DNA of 64,000 bases from an uncultured Chromatiales bacterium (GCA_964561765.1 CAZLQI010000006.1:3297-67296), one strand, 5' to 3'. Shown: positions 1 to 10,030, counted from the stretch's first letter. Translations and numbers: made by a program. The notes: generated from the letters alone by a model not told the origin.

Positions 1-1568
1 CCCCATACCGCACGACCGTGGGAATCCTCCGAGCCTGTTTCCTCGAGCCAATGGCGATCATAGGACATGAAGTTGCGGAAGCGACCGGTCTGACCATTGA
101 AGGCATGACCCAGAAAACTCAGATAAATGGCGGCAAGGCCGCTCGGTGCTGAATCCAGAGGCTGGAGATCCTGTAGTATGACCGCGACGATCAACGCGCG
201 CGCATTATCGTCCACGCAATAGCCGTGCATCCGGTCTGGAACCGTGTACTTGGCGTGTTGCAACATACCTGTGTCATCGGTCATCCGGCGTAAATAGTCC
301 AGTTTGATCTCCGGTAGCCGTTGCTGGCGTAGTCCGAGGGTCTCCAGCCGGCGTTCGGGTACGTTCTTTCGCAACCGCTGGCGTTTGGCTTCTGCGAAGA
401 TGTCGAGATAGCGGCGGCCCACATTGCTCCAGACCATTTTTCGGCCATATTGGTAGGCTCTTTCCCGGATGGCACGGCACTCATCGGGATGATTCAGGAG
501 GTCGATGACTTCTCGTGCCAGGGCGATCTGATCCCGGAATGGGACCAGCCTGCCCCGATCATCGGCGAGCAATTCCTGAGCGTGCCAGTAGGGTGTGGAT
601 ACCACCGCTTTGCCCATCCCAAGCGCATAGGCCAGCGTACCGGAAATAATCTGTGCCTCGTTCAGGTATGGAGTGACATAAATATCCGCCGAACCAATAA
701 ACTCCAGCAGGTCTTCGTCGGTGACGAAACGGTCATGAAAAACGATGTGGTCCGAAACGCCGAGTTCTTTTGCGCGCATGTGAAGGCCGTTTCTGTAATC
801 CTCCCCCTGTTCAGCCTTGAGGTGCGGATGGGTAGCACCTACCACCATATAAATGACCTGCGGGTGAGCCTTCACAATCTCCGGCAGGGCATCGATGACC
901 ACCTCAATGCCCTTGCCCGGTGAAAGCAGACCGAAAGTCAGGATGATCTTCTTTCCGGATACGCCGAGCTTGTCCTTGTAGGCATCGGATTCGACAAACG
1001 GCACATCAAGAATACCGTGATGTATAAGGGCGATCTTCTCCTCCGGGACCTGGTAAATATCGCGCAGGAATTCGACTGAGCGTTCGCTCATCACTACCAA
1101 CCGGTCCGAGAACTCGGCAAGTTGCATCATGATGTGCCGGTCCTGAAGGTTCGGATCCTTCAAGATCGTGTGCAGAGTCGTCACCACCGGCATCTTGAGA
1201 TCACGCAACAGCTCGATGATAAAGCCGCCTCGTTTGCCACCGAAAATACCGTATTCATGCTGGAGACAGATCACATCCACCTGGTTAAGGTTGCATAAGT
1301 CGGCCGCCAGGCTGTATTCGTTCAGTTGACTCTGGTTGATCTCAAAGCGCACCTGGGACGGGTAGGGATAGCCTTCCGGGCGGTCGTTCATCGCGACCGC
1401 CCAACAGGCTTTGTCCGGCGCATTCAGTGCGATTGATTCAAGCAGGTGGGTGGTGAATGTGGCGATACCACACTGCCGGGGGAGGTGGTTGCCGATGAAG
1501 GCGATAGACTTGAGCGCCTCCCATTCCAGAGGTGAGCCTGTCGTGCCGAGATTTTCCATGGACGCCAT
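1..1568 (-). CDS. Family 4 (GT-B, RfaB-like) glycosyltransferase, N-terminal GT4 domain plus a C-terminal extension domain. It is 5'-complete but truncated at the window edge, so the C-terminus lies outside
   Basis: Reverse-strand translation from ATG at 1557-1559 or 1566-1568 gives MENLGTTGSPLEWEALKSIAFIGNHLPRQCGIATFTTHL..., continuing through GKGIEVVIDALPEIVKAHPQVIYMVVGATHPHL...ADIYVTPYLNEAQIISGTLAYALGMGKAVVSTPYWHAQELL. That is the typical GT4 EX7E region. It is followed by a further ~170 aa domain (DYLRRMTDDTGMLQHAKYTVPDRMHGYCVDDNARALIV...) that runs off position 1. Confidence 0.7.
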   Translation of the reverse strand, partial: MASMENLGTTGSPLEWEALKSIAFIGNHLPRQCGIATFTTHLLESIALNAPDKACWAVAMNDRPEGYPYPSQVRFEINQSQLNEYSLAADLCNLNQVDVICLQHEYGIFGGKRGGFIIELLRDLKMPVVTTLHTILKDPNLQDRHIMMQLAEFSDRLVVMSERSVEFLRDIYQVPEEKIALIHHGILDVPFVESDAYKDKLGVSGKKIILTFGLLSPGKGIEVVIDALPEIVKAHPQVIYMVVGATHPHLKAEQGEDYRNGLHMRAKELGVSDHIVFHDRFVTDEDLLEFIGSADIYVTPYLNEAQIISGTLAYALGMGKAVVSTPYWHAQELLADDRGRLVPFRDQIALAREVIDLLNHPDECRAIRERAYQYGRKMVWSNVGRRYLDIFAEAKRQRLRKNVPERRLETLGLRQQRLPEIKLDYLRRMTDDTGMLQHAKYTVPDRMHGYCVDDNARALIVAVILQDLQPLDSAPSGLAAIYLSFLGHAFNGQTGRFRNFMSYDRHWLEETGSEDSHGRAVW

Positions 1569-1591
1569 TTTATAACCGGTATTATTATGCA

Positions 1592-1601
1592 GGGGGGGGG
1601 G
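1592..1601. repeat. G10 homopolymer tract 24-35 nt upstream of the GT4 start codon
   Basis: aggggggggg g read directly at 1592-1601. Confidence 0.9.
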
Positions 1602-1903
1602 TGAACGATTCGATGTTGATACCCCGGTAGTCGAATGCTGCCAGCTTGAGAAGCGTACTGCCACTCGTCAGCTACCCTAGCTTACATGAATTCAAGGTGA
1701 TTGATAAGTTAAAAGCTCCCTACTCCAGGGCAAGAGCATATCAATTCCCTTGACATACCAAATCAGAGCGTAAGGTATCATTCATATTCGCAATCTTACG
1801 TTTTCATCTCATACTGGCTTTGCTGGGAAAAGGAGACGCGGCCGGGCTGTTTGTTCATTGGTGCGGGCGCGGGTCCTGCTCGGTTGAGGCAATAGCACCC
1901 CGG

Positions 1904-3304
1904 CTAATCGAGGTGGCGTGCGAGCAGGCCCCGTCGCCAATGGTCCTGCAACGTATCGATGGGTCGGGGTGCGGCACCCTGGGTGGCCGATGGGGGGAAC
2001 GCCAGTTGCAGGTGCACCCGATATCCGCCGCCGGGGACTTCCATCAGCACCCTGCCGTCTTCGGTCTCGATGTAGTCGGCGATCACGGTGAGATTGCCGG
2101 CCGGGCTGATCAGTTCGAGTCGATCGCCGACGGCGAACTTGTTTTTTGCCAGGACTGTGAGTCGATTGTGTTTCGCCTGATAGCCGGTGACTTCGCCGAC
2201 GAACTGTTGCCGGGTGTGTTCCGAGGCACCACTGAGGTAGTTCTGCGTGGCAGGGTGAGCGTGGCGCTGATAGAAGCCGTCGGTGTAGCCACGGTTGGCC
2301 AGCCCATCCAGGTGCTGGATCAATGCCGGGTCGAAGTCTCGCCCGGCCACGGCATCGTCTATGGCCTGGCGGTAAATCTGGGCGACGCGTGCAACGTAGT
2401 ACCAGGACTTGGTGCGCCCCTCGATCTTGAACGAGTCGATACCCATTGCGGTGAGTTGCCCGACATGGTGTACCGCACGCAGGTCACGCGAGTTCATGAT
2501 GTAGGTGCCGTGTTCGTCTTCGGAGATGGGCATGTATTCACCGGGACGTTCACGTTCCTCGATGAGGTAGACACGGTCGGCGCGGGGGTGGCGCGGGCTA
2601 CCGATACTGTCGGTCAACGGGTTGCGTAGCGCGCCCAATGCATCGAAGTCGATGTGTTGGGCGCCACCGGTGTCATCGGTCGCGGTGTCGTGTACCCGGT
2701 ATTCCCAGCGACAGGCATTGGTGCAGCTGCCCTGGTTCGGGTCGCGGTGGTTGAAATAACCGGATAGCAGGCACCGGCCCGAGTAGGCGATACACAACGC
2801 CCCGTGTACGAAGACCTCCAGTTCCATGTTTGGGCACCGCTGGCGGATCTCGGCGATCTCCTCAAGCGAGAGTTCGCGCGAGAGGATCACCCGCTGCAGA
2901 CCCAACGATTTCCAGAATTTCACTGCGGCATAGTTGACGGTATTGGCCTGCACCGAGAGGTGGATCGGGATCGTCGGCCAGCGCTCGCGCAGCATCATGA
3001 TCAGCCCGGGGTCCGCCATGATCAAGGCATCGGGTCCGGCCTCGATCACCGGCGCCATGTCGGCGAGGTAGGTCTTGAGTTTGGCGTTGTGCGCGATGAG
3101 GTTGCTGGTGACGTAGAATTTGCGGCCCAGGGTGTGGGCCTCGCCAATGCCCGTGCGCAGGGCGTCGAGGTCGAAGCGGTTGTTGCGTACCCGCAGACTG
3201 TAGCGGGGCTGGCCGGCATAGACCGCGTCGGCACCATAAGCGAAGGCGTAGCGCATGTGCGTGAGGCTGCCTGCGGGCAGGAGCAGTTCGGGTGTGTGGG
3301 CCAT
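1904..3304 (-). CDS. yegQ: Peptidase U32 family protein, YegQ/TrhP-type (prephenate-dependent tRNA U34 hydroxylase)
   Basis: 466 aa ORF; MAHTPELLLPAGSL...FYVTSNLIAHN...IMADPGLIM and the C-terminal region are characteristic of U32 collagenase-like YegQ; size matches E. coli YegQ (453 aa). Confidence 0.8.
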   Translation of the reverse strand: MAHTPELLLPAGSLTHMRYAFAYGADAVYAGQPRYSLRVRNNRFDLDALRTGIGEAHTLGRKFYVTSNLIAHNAKLKTYLADMAPVIEAGPDALIMADPGLIMMLRERWPTIPIHLSVQANTVNYAAVKFWKSLGLQRVILSRELSLEEIAEIRQRCPNMELEVFVHGALCIAYSGRCLLSGYFNHRDPNQGSCTNACRWEYRVHDTATDDTGGAQHIDFDALGALRNPLTDSIGSPRHPRADRVYLIEERERPGEYMPISEDEHGTYIMNSRDLRAVHHVGQLTAMGIDSFKIEGRTKSWYYVARVAQIYRQAIDDAVAGRDFDPALIQHLDGLANRGYTDGFYQRHAHPATQNYLSGASEHTRQQFVGEVTGYQAKHNRLTVLAKNKFAVGDRLELISPAGNLTVIADYIETEDGRVLMEVPGGGYRVHLQLAFPPSATQGAAPRPIDTLQDHWRRGLLARHLD

Positions 3305-3560
3305 GGTGTCGGGGTCGAGGTCCTGTGTGAGGGGTTGCGAAAGAACCTGCCGAGAACCCTGATTCGATCAGTGTGAACCCGGTCCCAGAACTGGCTATGA
3401 TCGCTCATGTCGGTGGGCAAGGATGTCGATGGCTAAGCATACCGGAGCGGGATGCCGCTGCGGAACCGCTTCGCCGATGTGAGCACGTCGACACGGTCGC
3501 CGTGTGTTGCAGGAGTGAAACGGGTCCTTTCAGACAAGGTTTCACTGAGGACACCGTATA

Positions 3561-4217
3561 ATGCCTTTGCGCCGCTTGATTGTCTTGCCTCTCGCCTTCG
3601 TGCTGGTCTTGTGTGTAGTGGGCACTGCGGCCACCGCGCAGCCTATCGCCCTGGGCACGCCCGGTGCCCTGCTGCAGCAGACGACCGTGCGTATGCTCAG
3701 CGCCCTGCAACAGCGGCGTACCCGCATCCAGCAGGTACCCCCTTATCTCTACACCCTGGTGGAGGATATCCTGGTGCCGCATGTGGATCTGACGATGGCC
3801 TCGCGCTGGGCGCTGGGACGGCACTGGCGTGAGGCCAGTCCGGCCCAGCGCGTACGGTTTCAGCACGCGTTCCACATCTTGCTGGTGCGGCTCTACGCCA
3901 CGGCACTGGCCGAATATCTGGATGGCCACGTGCTCCCCCACAATGTCATCACCTTCTTGCCGCCACGCACGCCGGTCACGGGCGATGAGGCGGTGGTGCG
4001 TACCCTGGTGCGCCCGGGGAATATGCGCCCGGTGGCCGTTGATTACCTGCTGCGCCATACCGTACAGGGCTGGCAGGTGTGTGATGTGCGTGTCGAGGGT
4101 GTGAGCATCATCGGGGTCTACCGCGCGGTCTTCAACGATGAGATCCATCACCATGGCGTCGAGGGTCTGATCACGACTTTGGTACACTACAACCAGCGGT
4201 TGAGCCTAGAGCGCTGA
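3561..4217 (+). CDS. MlaC/Ttg2D-family periplasmic phospholipid-binding protein
   Basis: 218 aa with signal peptide (LIVLPLAFVLVLCVVGTAATA); Ttg2D motif LVPHVDLTMASRWALGRHWREASPAQR. Confidence 0.7.
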   Translation: MPLRRLIVLPLAFVLVLCVVGTAATAQPIALGTPGALLQQTTVRMLSALQQRRTRIQQVPPYLYTLVEDILVPHVDLTMASRWALGRHWREASPAQRVRFQHAFHILLVRLYATALAEYLDGHVLPHNVITFLPPRTPVTGDEAVVRTLVRPGNMRPVAVDYLLRHTVQGWQVCDVRVEGVSIIGVYRAVFNDEIHHHGVEGLITTLVHYNQRLSLER

Positions 4218-4303
4218 AATCCGTTACCGACTATCGCGGCGTCACCCGTACCGGGCGTATTCATTGTTCGTGAACTGATCCATAATGGCTGCGCCCGATC
4301 GGA

Positions 4304-5026
4304 GTGCTGCGGTGTTCGTTCGGGCGGAGGCCTATACTGTTGAATCGCATCCACATTCTCTCACGGTTTTGTCGTGCCGCTTTGCCAGGGCCGCGTGTAC
4401 TCCTGGTGCTGTGGGTCGTGTTGGCCCCGGCGCTGCGACCGGTGTCGGCCCAGACCGTCGAGTCACCCGATGTGCTCATGCAGCACACCGCACAGACAAT
4501 GTTCAAGGCCATCGAGCATGACCAAGCAAACCTGAGTCGCCATCCCCAGCAGGTCTATGCCTTGGTCGAGCGGGTGCTGGTGCCGCATGTGGACTTCAAT
4601 CGCGCCGCGCACTGGGTGCTGGGGCATTATTGGCGCCAGGCATCACGGACACAGCGGGCGCGGTTTGTCGCGCAATTCCATACGCTGTTGGTACGATTTT
4701 ACTCCAATGCCCTGATGGCTCTTCTCGGTACGAACGGGTTCTCTGCGGACATGCTGCGTTTTCTGCCCTATACCCACGTGAGCGGCGCGCGCGAGGCCGT
4801 GGTGCGCTCCCTCATACGCCAGCCCAATGGCACCGAGGTCCAGGTCGACTACATCCTGCATCACGGCCGTGCGGGATGGCAGGTCTATGATGTCACGGTG
4901 GAAGGCATCAGTCTGATCATCACCTACCGCTCAAGCTTTGCCGCAGAAATCCGCAAAAACGGACTGAATGGCCTGATCTTGACCCTGGCCAGGCACAACC
5001 GTCAATTACTAGCCGTAGACAGGTAG
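4304..5026 (+). CDS. Second MlaC/Ttg2D-family paralog (true start is probably internal)
   Basis: LVPHVDFNRAAHWVLGHYWRQASRTQRARFVAQFHTLLVRFY parallels the upstream gene; hydrophobic signal-like segment VLLVLWVVLAPALRPVSA. Confidence 0.65.
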   Translation: MLRCSFGRRPILLNRIHILSRFCRAALPGPRVLLVLWVVLAPALRPVSAQTVESPDVLMQHTAQTMFKAIEHDQANLSRHPQQVYALVERVLVPHVDFNRAAHWVLGHYWRQASRTQRARFVAQFHTLLVRFYSNALMALLGTNGFSADMLRFLPYTHVSGAREAVVRSLIRQPNGTEVQVDYILHHGRAGWQVYDVTVEGISLIITYRSSFAAEIRKNGLNGLILTLARHNRQLLAVDR

Positions 5027-5156
5027 TGCCGATGGCCCCGCCCTGAACCGGACGCCGTCTTGACCTCGCTTCCAAGTCGATGTCGTCAGTCGGATATCAG
5101 GATTATTGATAACTTGTTGAAATCTATCTATTTAGAAGTCTATTTATGATTTAGTG

Positions 5157-5182
5157 GGCCGCGATTTGCGGTCTTTATTGTT
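5157..5182 (+). terminator. Candidate rho-independent terminator: 6-bp GC stem (one G-U pair), 5-nt loop, TTTATTGTT tail
   Basis: ggccgc gattt gcggtc tttattgtt, read directly; downstream of the MlaC pair. Confidence 0.35.
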
Positions 5183-5285
5183 CAAACGCGCCCGCCCTGT
5201 TACGCTTCACGATGCGCAATGGCGTTTCCCCCACGCTGATGCCCGTACAACAAAAAACTAGAAAATCCTTCAATGGCGTCCCGGC

Positions 5286-7964
5286 GTGGCCAGGGACACG
5301 GGAGCGGAATGTCGCATGCAACGCATCCTCATTATCGAGGCATCCACTACGCTGTCGCGTGTGCTGGAAGCCCAGATCACACCATACTATCCGATCGAGA
5401 TAATACGCTCGCACCGCGCCGGGCTGGCACGGCTGGCCGAGTCCACCGAGGCCTTTAGCGCTGTCGTGATGGGATGGCCGGAGGCCTCCGATCCGGTGAT
5501 CGAGGAGTGCCAGGCGTACTTGTCCGAGCGGTCCGCCTGGCAGCATCTGCCCCTCCTGGTGCTGAGCCATTCGGTGGATACACCGAGGCTGGACTGGGTT
5601 GCAGGTCGCCCGCATGGTGCGTTGCTGCACTGGGATGATTTTCGTGAGGTCGCGGCATTGCTGGACGGATTGCTGGATGCGTCCCTGGCGCTGGCGTCCA
5701 CGGTCGCCGGTCGCGATGAGCGTATTCGCGTGTTGTTTGTCGATGATTCGCGTACCGCGCGCGTGAAAATTCGTCGTCTTCTCGAAGCCGAAGGCTATGA
5801 TGTCGAGACAGCAGTCGATGCCGATGAGGCCCTGATGCGGGCCAGGCATCGGCACACGCGGGCGTTGCCTGCAGAGGAGGGCGAGGCAGGCGTGGCCGGT
5901 GATGAGACGGTGGAGCGCGCGGGCTTTGATATCGCCATCATCGATTACTTTATGCCGGGTGTCACTGGCGACAAGTTGTGTCGGCGCCTGCGCGCCGATC
6001 CGCGTACCAGCGGCATTACCACCGCCGTTTTTACCAGTACCTACCGGGACCAGATCATCACTGATTCATTGGCCGCCGGGGCGGTGGAGTGCATGTTCAA
6101 GAACGAGTCCGATGCCCTGTTTCTGGCCCGTGTTGCCGCGATGAGTCGCACGGTGCGCAGTACGCGGCGTATCGAGCATGAACGCAGTCGTTTGCAGGGC
6201 ATTCTGTCCTCGGTGGGTGATGGGGTATATGGGGTAGATCGCAACGGCATGCTCACCTTCATGAACCCGGCGGCATTGCGTATTCTGGGTTATGCACCGA
6301 AACAGGGGACGGATTTTATCGGGCGCTCGTCGAGTGTGGTGTTTCACCCCGATGCGCCGACTGTGGAGGGAAGCAGGTGTCCGTCCTGTGTCCCGCGACA
6401 GAGCGTGAAGGCGGCGCTGGCGCAGGAGTCAGTGTTCACACGCCATGATGGCACGGCGGTGCCAGTGGAACTGACTCTCTATCCGTTGTCCATCGGGGGC
6501 CGGGTTGAGGGGGCGGTCATCGCTTTTCGCGACATCCGCGTGCGCAAGCAGCTCGAAGATGAGTTGAGGTGGCAGGCCAGCCATGATCCGCTGACCCGTG
6601 TGTTCAACCGTAAGTATCTCGAAGATGCGCTCGAGCAGGAAGTCCGGCGGTTGCGTCGTGGGACTGAGGCCGGTGCATTATTGTATCTCGACCTGGACCG
6701 GTTCAAATATATCAATGACACTGCAGGCCATGCTGCGGGCGATCGCCTGTTGATCGAGATTGCCCGGCATCTGACGGGGCGGCTGCGCGAGACCGATCTG
6801 CTGGCGCGTATCGGTGGTGACGAATTTGCGCTGATTCTGCGCGGGGTGGGGCGTGAGGATGTATTCCAGGTCGCCGACGAGTTCCGGGCCTTGCTGACCG
6901 GGTATACCTTTTCGTATGAAGGGCGCAACTACAAGATCAATGGCAGCATTGGTGTCGCGCTGCTCGATCGACATATCGACAGTACGGCCCAGGCCCTGGC
7001 CAATGCCGATATCGCCTGTCACATTGCCAAGGGTCAGGGCCGCAACCAGACACACGTATTCCAGGCGGAGTGTGACGAGCGGGTTGCCATGGACCTGGAC
7101 CTCGGCTGGTCTACCCGGTTGCATACCGCCCTCGAAGAGGGTCTGTTTGAACTGTATTTTCAGCCCATCATACCGCTGGTGGCCATTGCGCGCGAGGACA
7201 TGGTGCGGCCAGGGTTGGTCGATGGGCGCTGGCAGCAATGGGCGCACGCCCATCCGGCGCAGCCGCCGGTCTATGAGGTGTTGATGCGACTGCCTGATGC
7301 ACGCGGTGAACTGATCTCGCCCAATGCCTTTATCCCCACCGCCGAGCGGTTCAATCTCATGCCGGCGATCGACCGCTGGGTGGTTGCCCGGGCCCTGAAG
7401 AAACTCACCGCATTGCATCGCCAGGGTCGGCGTGTGGTGTTCAGTATCAATCTTTCCAGCCAGAGCCTGGTCGACGCCGAACTGGCGGGGGTGTTGCGTG
7501 ATGCGCTGGCCGAGCCGGGGCTGGATGCCTCCTCGGTGGTATTGGAGATCACCGAGGAGGCATCCAGCCGTTGCCTGGACGCCGCGCAGCATTTTATCGA
7601 GGAATTCAGCGCGCTGGGTTGCCGGTTCGCTATGGATAACTTTGGCAGCGGCTCTTGTTCCTTCACGCATCTCAAGCACCTGGCAGTGGATTTCATCAAG
7701 ATCGACGCTCTGCTTACCCAAAGTATCGTCCATGATGCCACGGACCTTGCCATCATCCAGTCCATCACCGATATTGCCCACTCGCTGAACAAGCTCGTCG
7801 TCGCTGAGGCCGTAGAGTCGCCCGATATCTTGCAGGCACTCGTCGGCAGCGGAGTGGACTTCGTGCAGGGACGCCACCTGTGCCCACCTATTGCCGCCCT
7901 GCCGGGTCTTTGCGAGGGGGGGGAGATCGCTGAGGCGAAGGTTCACTATCGCCAGCGCCAATGA
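5286..7964 (+). CDS. Multidomain c-di-GMP signalling protein: pseudo-receiver + canonical receiver (REC) + PAS + GGDEF + EAL. Likely true start is MQRILII at 5316
   Basis: REC2 has DIAIIDYFMPGVTGDK (phospho-acceptor Asp). REC1 has AVVMGWPEAS with Gly at the acceptor position. PAS around SRLQGILSSVGDGVYGVDRNGMLTFMNPAA. GGDEF intact (RIGGDEFALIL). EAL domain has EVL in place of EAL, DNFGSG in place of DDFGTG, plus EITEE and KIDALL. Confidence 0.85.
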   Translation: MARDTGAECRMQRILIIEASTTLSRVLEAQITPYYPIEIIRSHRAGLARLAESTEAFSAVVMGWPEASDPVIEECQAYLSERSAWQHLPLLVLSHSVDTPRLDWVAGRPHGALLHWDDFREVAALLDGLLDASLALASTVAGRDERIRVLFVDDSRTARVKIRRLLEAEGYDVETAVDADEALMRARHRHTRALPAEEGEAGVAGDETVERAGFDIAIIDYFMPGVTGDKLCRRLRADPRTSGITTAVFTSTYRDQIITDSLAAGAVECMFKNESDALFLARVAAMSRTVRSTRRIEHERSRLQGILSSVGDGVYGVDRNGMLTFMNPAALRILGYAPKQGTDFIGRSSSVVFHPDAPTVEGSRCPSCVPRQSVKAALAQESVFTRHDGTAVPVELTLYPLSIGGRVEGAVIAFRDIRVRKQLEDELRWQASHDPLTRVFNRKYLEDALEQEVRRLRRGTEAGALLYLDLDRFKYINDTAGHAAGDRLLIEIARHLTGRLRETDLLARIGGDEFALILRGVGREDVFQVADEFRALLTGYTFSYEGRNYKINGSIGVALLDRHIDSTAQALANADIACHIAKGQGRNQTHVFQAECDERVAMDLDLGWSTRLHTALEEGLFELYFQPIIPLVAIAREDMVRPGLVDGRWQQWAHAHPAQPPVYEVLMRLPDARGELISPNAFIPTAERFNLMPAIDRWVVARALKKLTALHRQGRRVVFSINLSSQSLVDAELAGVLRDALAEPGLDASSVVLEITEEASSRCLDAAQHFIEEFSALGCRFAMDNFGSGSCSFTHLKHLAVDFIKIDALLTQSIVHDATDLAIIQSITDIAHSLNKLVVAEAVESPDILQALVGSGVDFVQGRHLCPPIAALPGLCEGGEIAEAKVHYRQRQ

Positions 7965-8116
7965 GGTATCATGCCCGCGCTCGGACCACCGTCGGGTGCA
8001 AGCTGGGATGCCATGGCAGTGGCTTCACTCCGGGCTCGCTTGGTGTACAATCAATCCCCCTTGCAAGGCCGTGACTGTACGCATGGCAGCAGGCTTCCCC
8101 AGCGAGAGGCACAGAC

Positions 8117-8659
8117 TTGGAACAGTTTCGCGGTACTACCATCATTTCCGTGCGTCGGGGCGACAAGGTCGTCATCGGTGGTGACGGCCAGGTCACCCTC
8201 GGCAATACCATCATGAAGGGCAATGCGCGCAAGGTGCGCCGACTCTACCATGATCATGTGCTGGCTGGTTTTGCTGGTGGGACGGCCGATGCCTTTACCC
8301 TGTTCGAGCGCTTTGAGGCCAAGCTGGAGAAACACCAGGGCAACATCACGCGTGCTGCCGTCGAACTGGCCAAAGACTGGCGTACCGATCGGATGTTGCG
8401 CCGCCTGGAGGCCCTGTTGGCCGTGGCTGACTCGACGGCCTCGTTGATCATCTCCGGCAACGGCGATGTCATCGAACCTGAACAGGGACTCATCGCCATT
8501 GGCTCCGGTGGCCCCTTTGCCCAGGCCGCTGCGCGTGCGCTGCTGGATAACACCGAGATGGACGCCAGCGACATCGTCGAGCGGGCGCTGGGTATCGCCG
8601 CAGACATCTGCATCTACACCAACCACCACCTCACTATTGAAGCGTTGAGTAGCCACTGA
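8117..8659 (+). CDS. hslV: ATP-dependent protease subunit HslV, TTG start with a short N-terminal propeptide before the catalytic Thr
   Basis: [44 protein letters not shown]...[15 protein letters not shown] is near-identical in pattern to HslV; the first codon in the track is ttg. Confidence 0.9.
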   Translation: MEQFRGTTIISVRRGDKVVIGGDGQVTLGNTIMKGNARKVRRLYHDHVLAGFAGGTADAFTLFERFEAKLEKHQGNITRAAVELAKDWRTDRMLRRLEALLAVADSTASLIISGNGDVIEPEQGLIAIGSGGPFAQAAARALLDNTEMDASDIVERALGIAADICIYTNHHLTIEALSSH

Positions 8660-8661
8660 CC

Positions 8662-10005
8662 ATGTCCACGATGACGCCCCAGCAGATCGTCCATGAACTG
8701 GACAAATACATCGTCGGCCAGGCTGCCGCCAAGCGCGCCGTCGCCATTGCCCTGCGCAATCGCTGGCGTCGCAGTCAGGTAGACGAACAACTGCGCAACG
8801 AGATCACGCCGAAGAATATCCTGATGATCGGTCCCACCGGTGTGGGCAAGACCGAGATCGCCCGGCGCCTGGCACGCCTGGCCAATGCGCCCTTTATCAA
8901 GGTCGAGGCCACCAAGTTCACCGAAGTCGGTTATGTCGGGCGCGATGTGGAGTCGATCATCCGTGACCTGGCCGACCAGGCGGTGAAACTGACCCGCGAG
9001 CAGGAGATGGCCAAGGAACGCCAGCACGCCGAGGAGGCGGCCGAGGAACGCATTCTCGATATCCTGTTGCCAGCAGCGCGCAGTTTCGGTTTTGCCAATG
9101 AACCCGAGGAAGAGAAAACAGTCCCACCGAGCGCAACCCGGCAGAAATTTCGCAAGAAGCTGCGCGAGGGCGAACTCGACACAAGGGAAATCGAGGTGGA
9201 TCTGTCCAGCTCGACTCTGGGTGTGGAGATCATGGCCCCGCCGGGTATGGAGGAGATGACCGGCCAGTTGCAGAATATGTTCCAGAACCTCTCCGGCGGG
9301 CGCACGCGCAGTCGCAAGTTGCCTGTGCGCCAAGCCATGAAGTTGCTCATCGAAGAAGAGGCGGCCAAGCGGGTCAACGAGGAGGACATCAAGCTGAGTG
9401 CCATTCAGAGTGTGGAACAGGACGGCATCGTTTTTCTGGATGAGATGGACAAGATTGCCAAGCGTGGAGAGATCAGCGGCACAGATGTCTCGCGCGAAGG
9501 CGTGCAGCGCGATCTACTACCCCTGGTCGAGGGCAGCACGGTGACCACCAAGTACGGTATGGTGCGCACAGATCACATCCTGTTTATTGCCTCGGGTGCC
9601 TTCCACTTGGTCAAGCCGTCGGACCTCATCCCCGAGTTGCAGGGTCGTCTGCCTATCCGGGTGGAACTCGATGCCCTGGGCGCAGAGGACTTCGTGCGTA
9701 TCCTCACTGAGCCCGATGCCTCTCTGACTGAGCAGTACACCGCACTCCTGGCGACCGAGGGGGTGAGCGTGAGCTTTACCGAAGACGGTATCCGGCGCAT
9801 TGCCGAGGTGGCCTGTCAGGTCAATGAGCGCAGCGAGAATATCGGTGCGCGGCGTTTGCACACCGTGCTCGAACGTCTGCTCGAGGCGGTGTCGTTCGAG
9901 GCGACCGAGCGCGCTGGTCAGTCGGTGAGCGTGGACTGTGCCTATGTTGATACGCAGATCGGCGATTTGGTGCAGGATGAAGACCTGAGCCGTTATATTC
10001 TGTAA
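8662..10005 (+). CDS. hslU: ATP-dependent protease ATPase subunit HslU
   Basis: [34 protein letters not shown]...[19 protein letters not shown]; 447 aa; starts 3 nt after hslV. Confidence 0.95.
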   Translation: MSTMTPQQIVHELDKYIVGQAAAKRAVAIALRNRWRRSQVDEQLRNEITPKNILMIGPTGVGKTEIARRLARLANAPFIKVEATKFTEVGYVGRDVESIIRDLADQAVKLTREQEMAKERQHAEEAAEERILDILLPAARSFGFANEPEEEKTVPPSATRQKFRKKLREGELDTREIEVDLSSSTLGVEIMAPPGMEEMTGQLQNMFQNLSGGRTRSRKLPVRQAMKLLIEEEAAKRVNEEDIKLSAIQSVEQDGIVFLDEMDKIAKRGEISGTDVSREGVQRDLLPLVEGSTVTTKYGMVRTDHILFIASGAFHLVKPSDLIPELQGRLPIRVELDALGAEDFVRILTEPDASLTEQYTALLATEGVSVSFTEDGIRRIAEVACQVNERSENIGARRLHTVLERLLEAVSFEATERAGQSVSVDCAYVDTQIGDLVQDEDLSRYIL

Positions 10006-10030
10006 TTCCTAAGGCAGAGGCGAATACATA

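Noticed and set aside
1820-2629. 269-aa plus-strand ORF
   Set aside because: Lies entirely antisense within the well-supported yegQ CDS; composition-driven open frame typical of high-GC DNA.
3405-4187. 260-aa minus-strand ORF
   Set aside because: Antisense to the MlaC-family gene; Arg/His/Gln-rich low-complexity translation.
5175-5855. 226-aa minus-strand ORF
   Set aside because: Overlaps the promoter and 5' end of the GGDEF-EAL gene antisense; no motifs.
6678-7961. 427-aa minus-strand ORF
   Set aside because: Fully antisense inside the EAL domain coding region.
8039-8102. Candidate sigma32 heat-shock promoter (CTTGgtg / CTTGcaa with CCCC runs) upstream of hslV
   Set aside because: Spacing between the -35-like heptamers and any CCCCAT-like element is 10 or 30 nt, not 13-15; not supportable.
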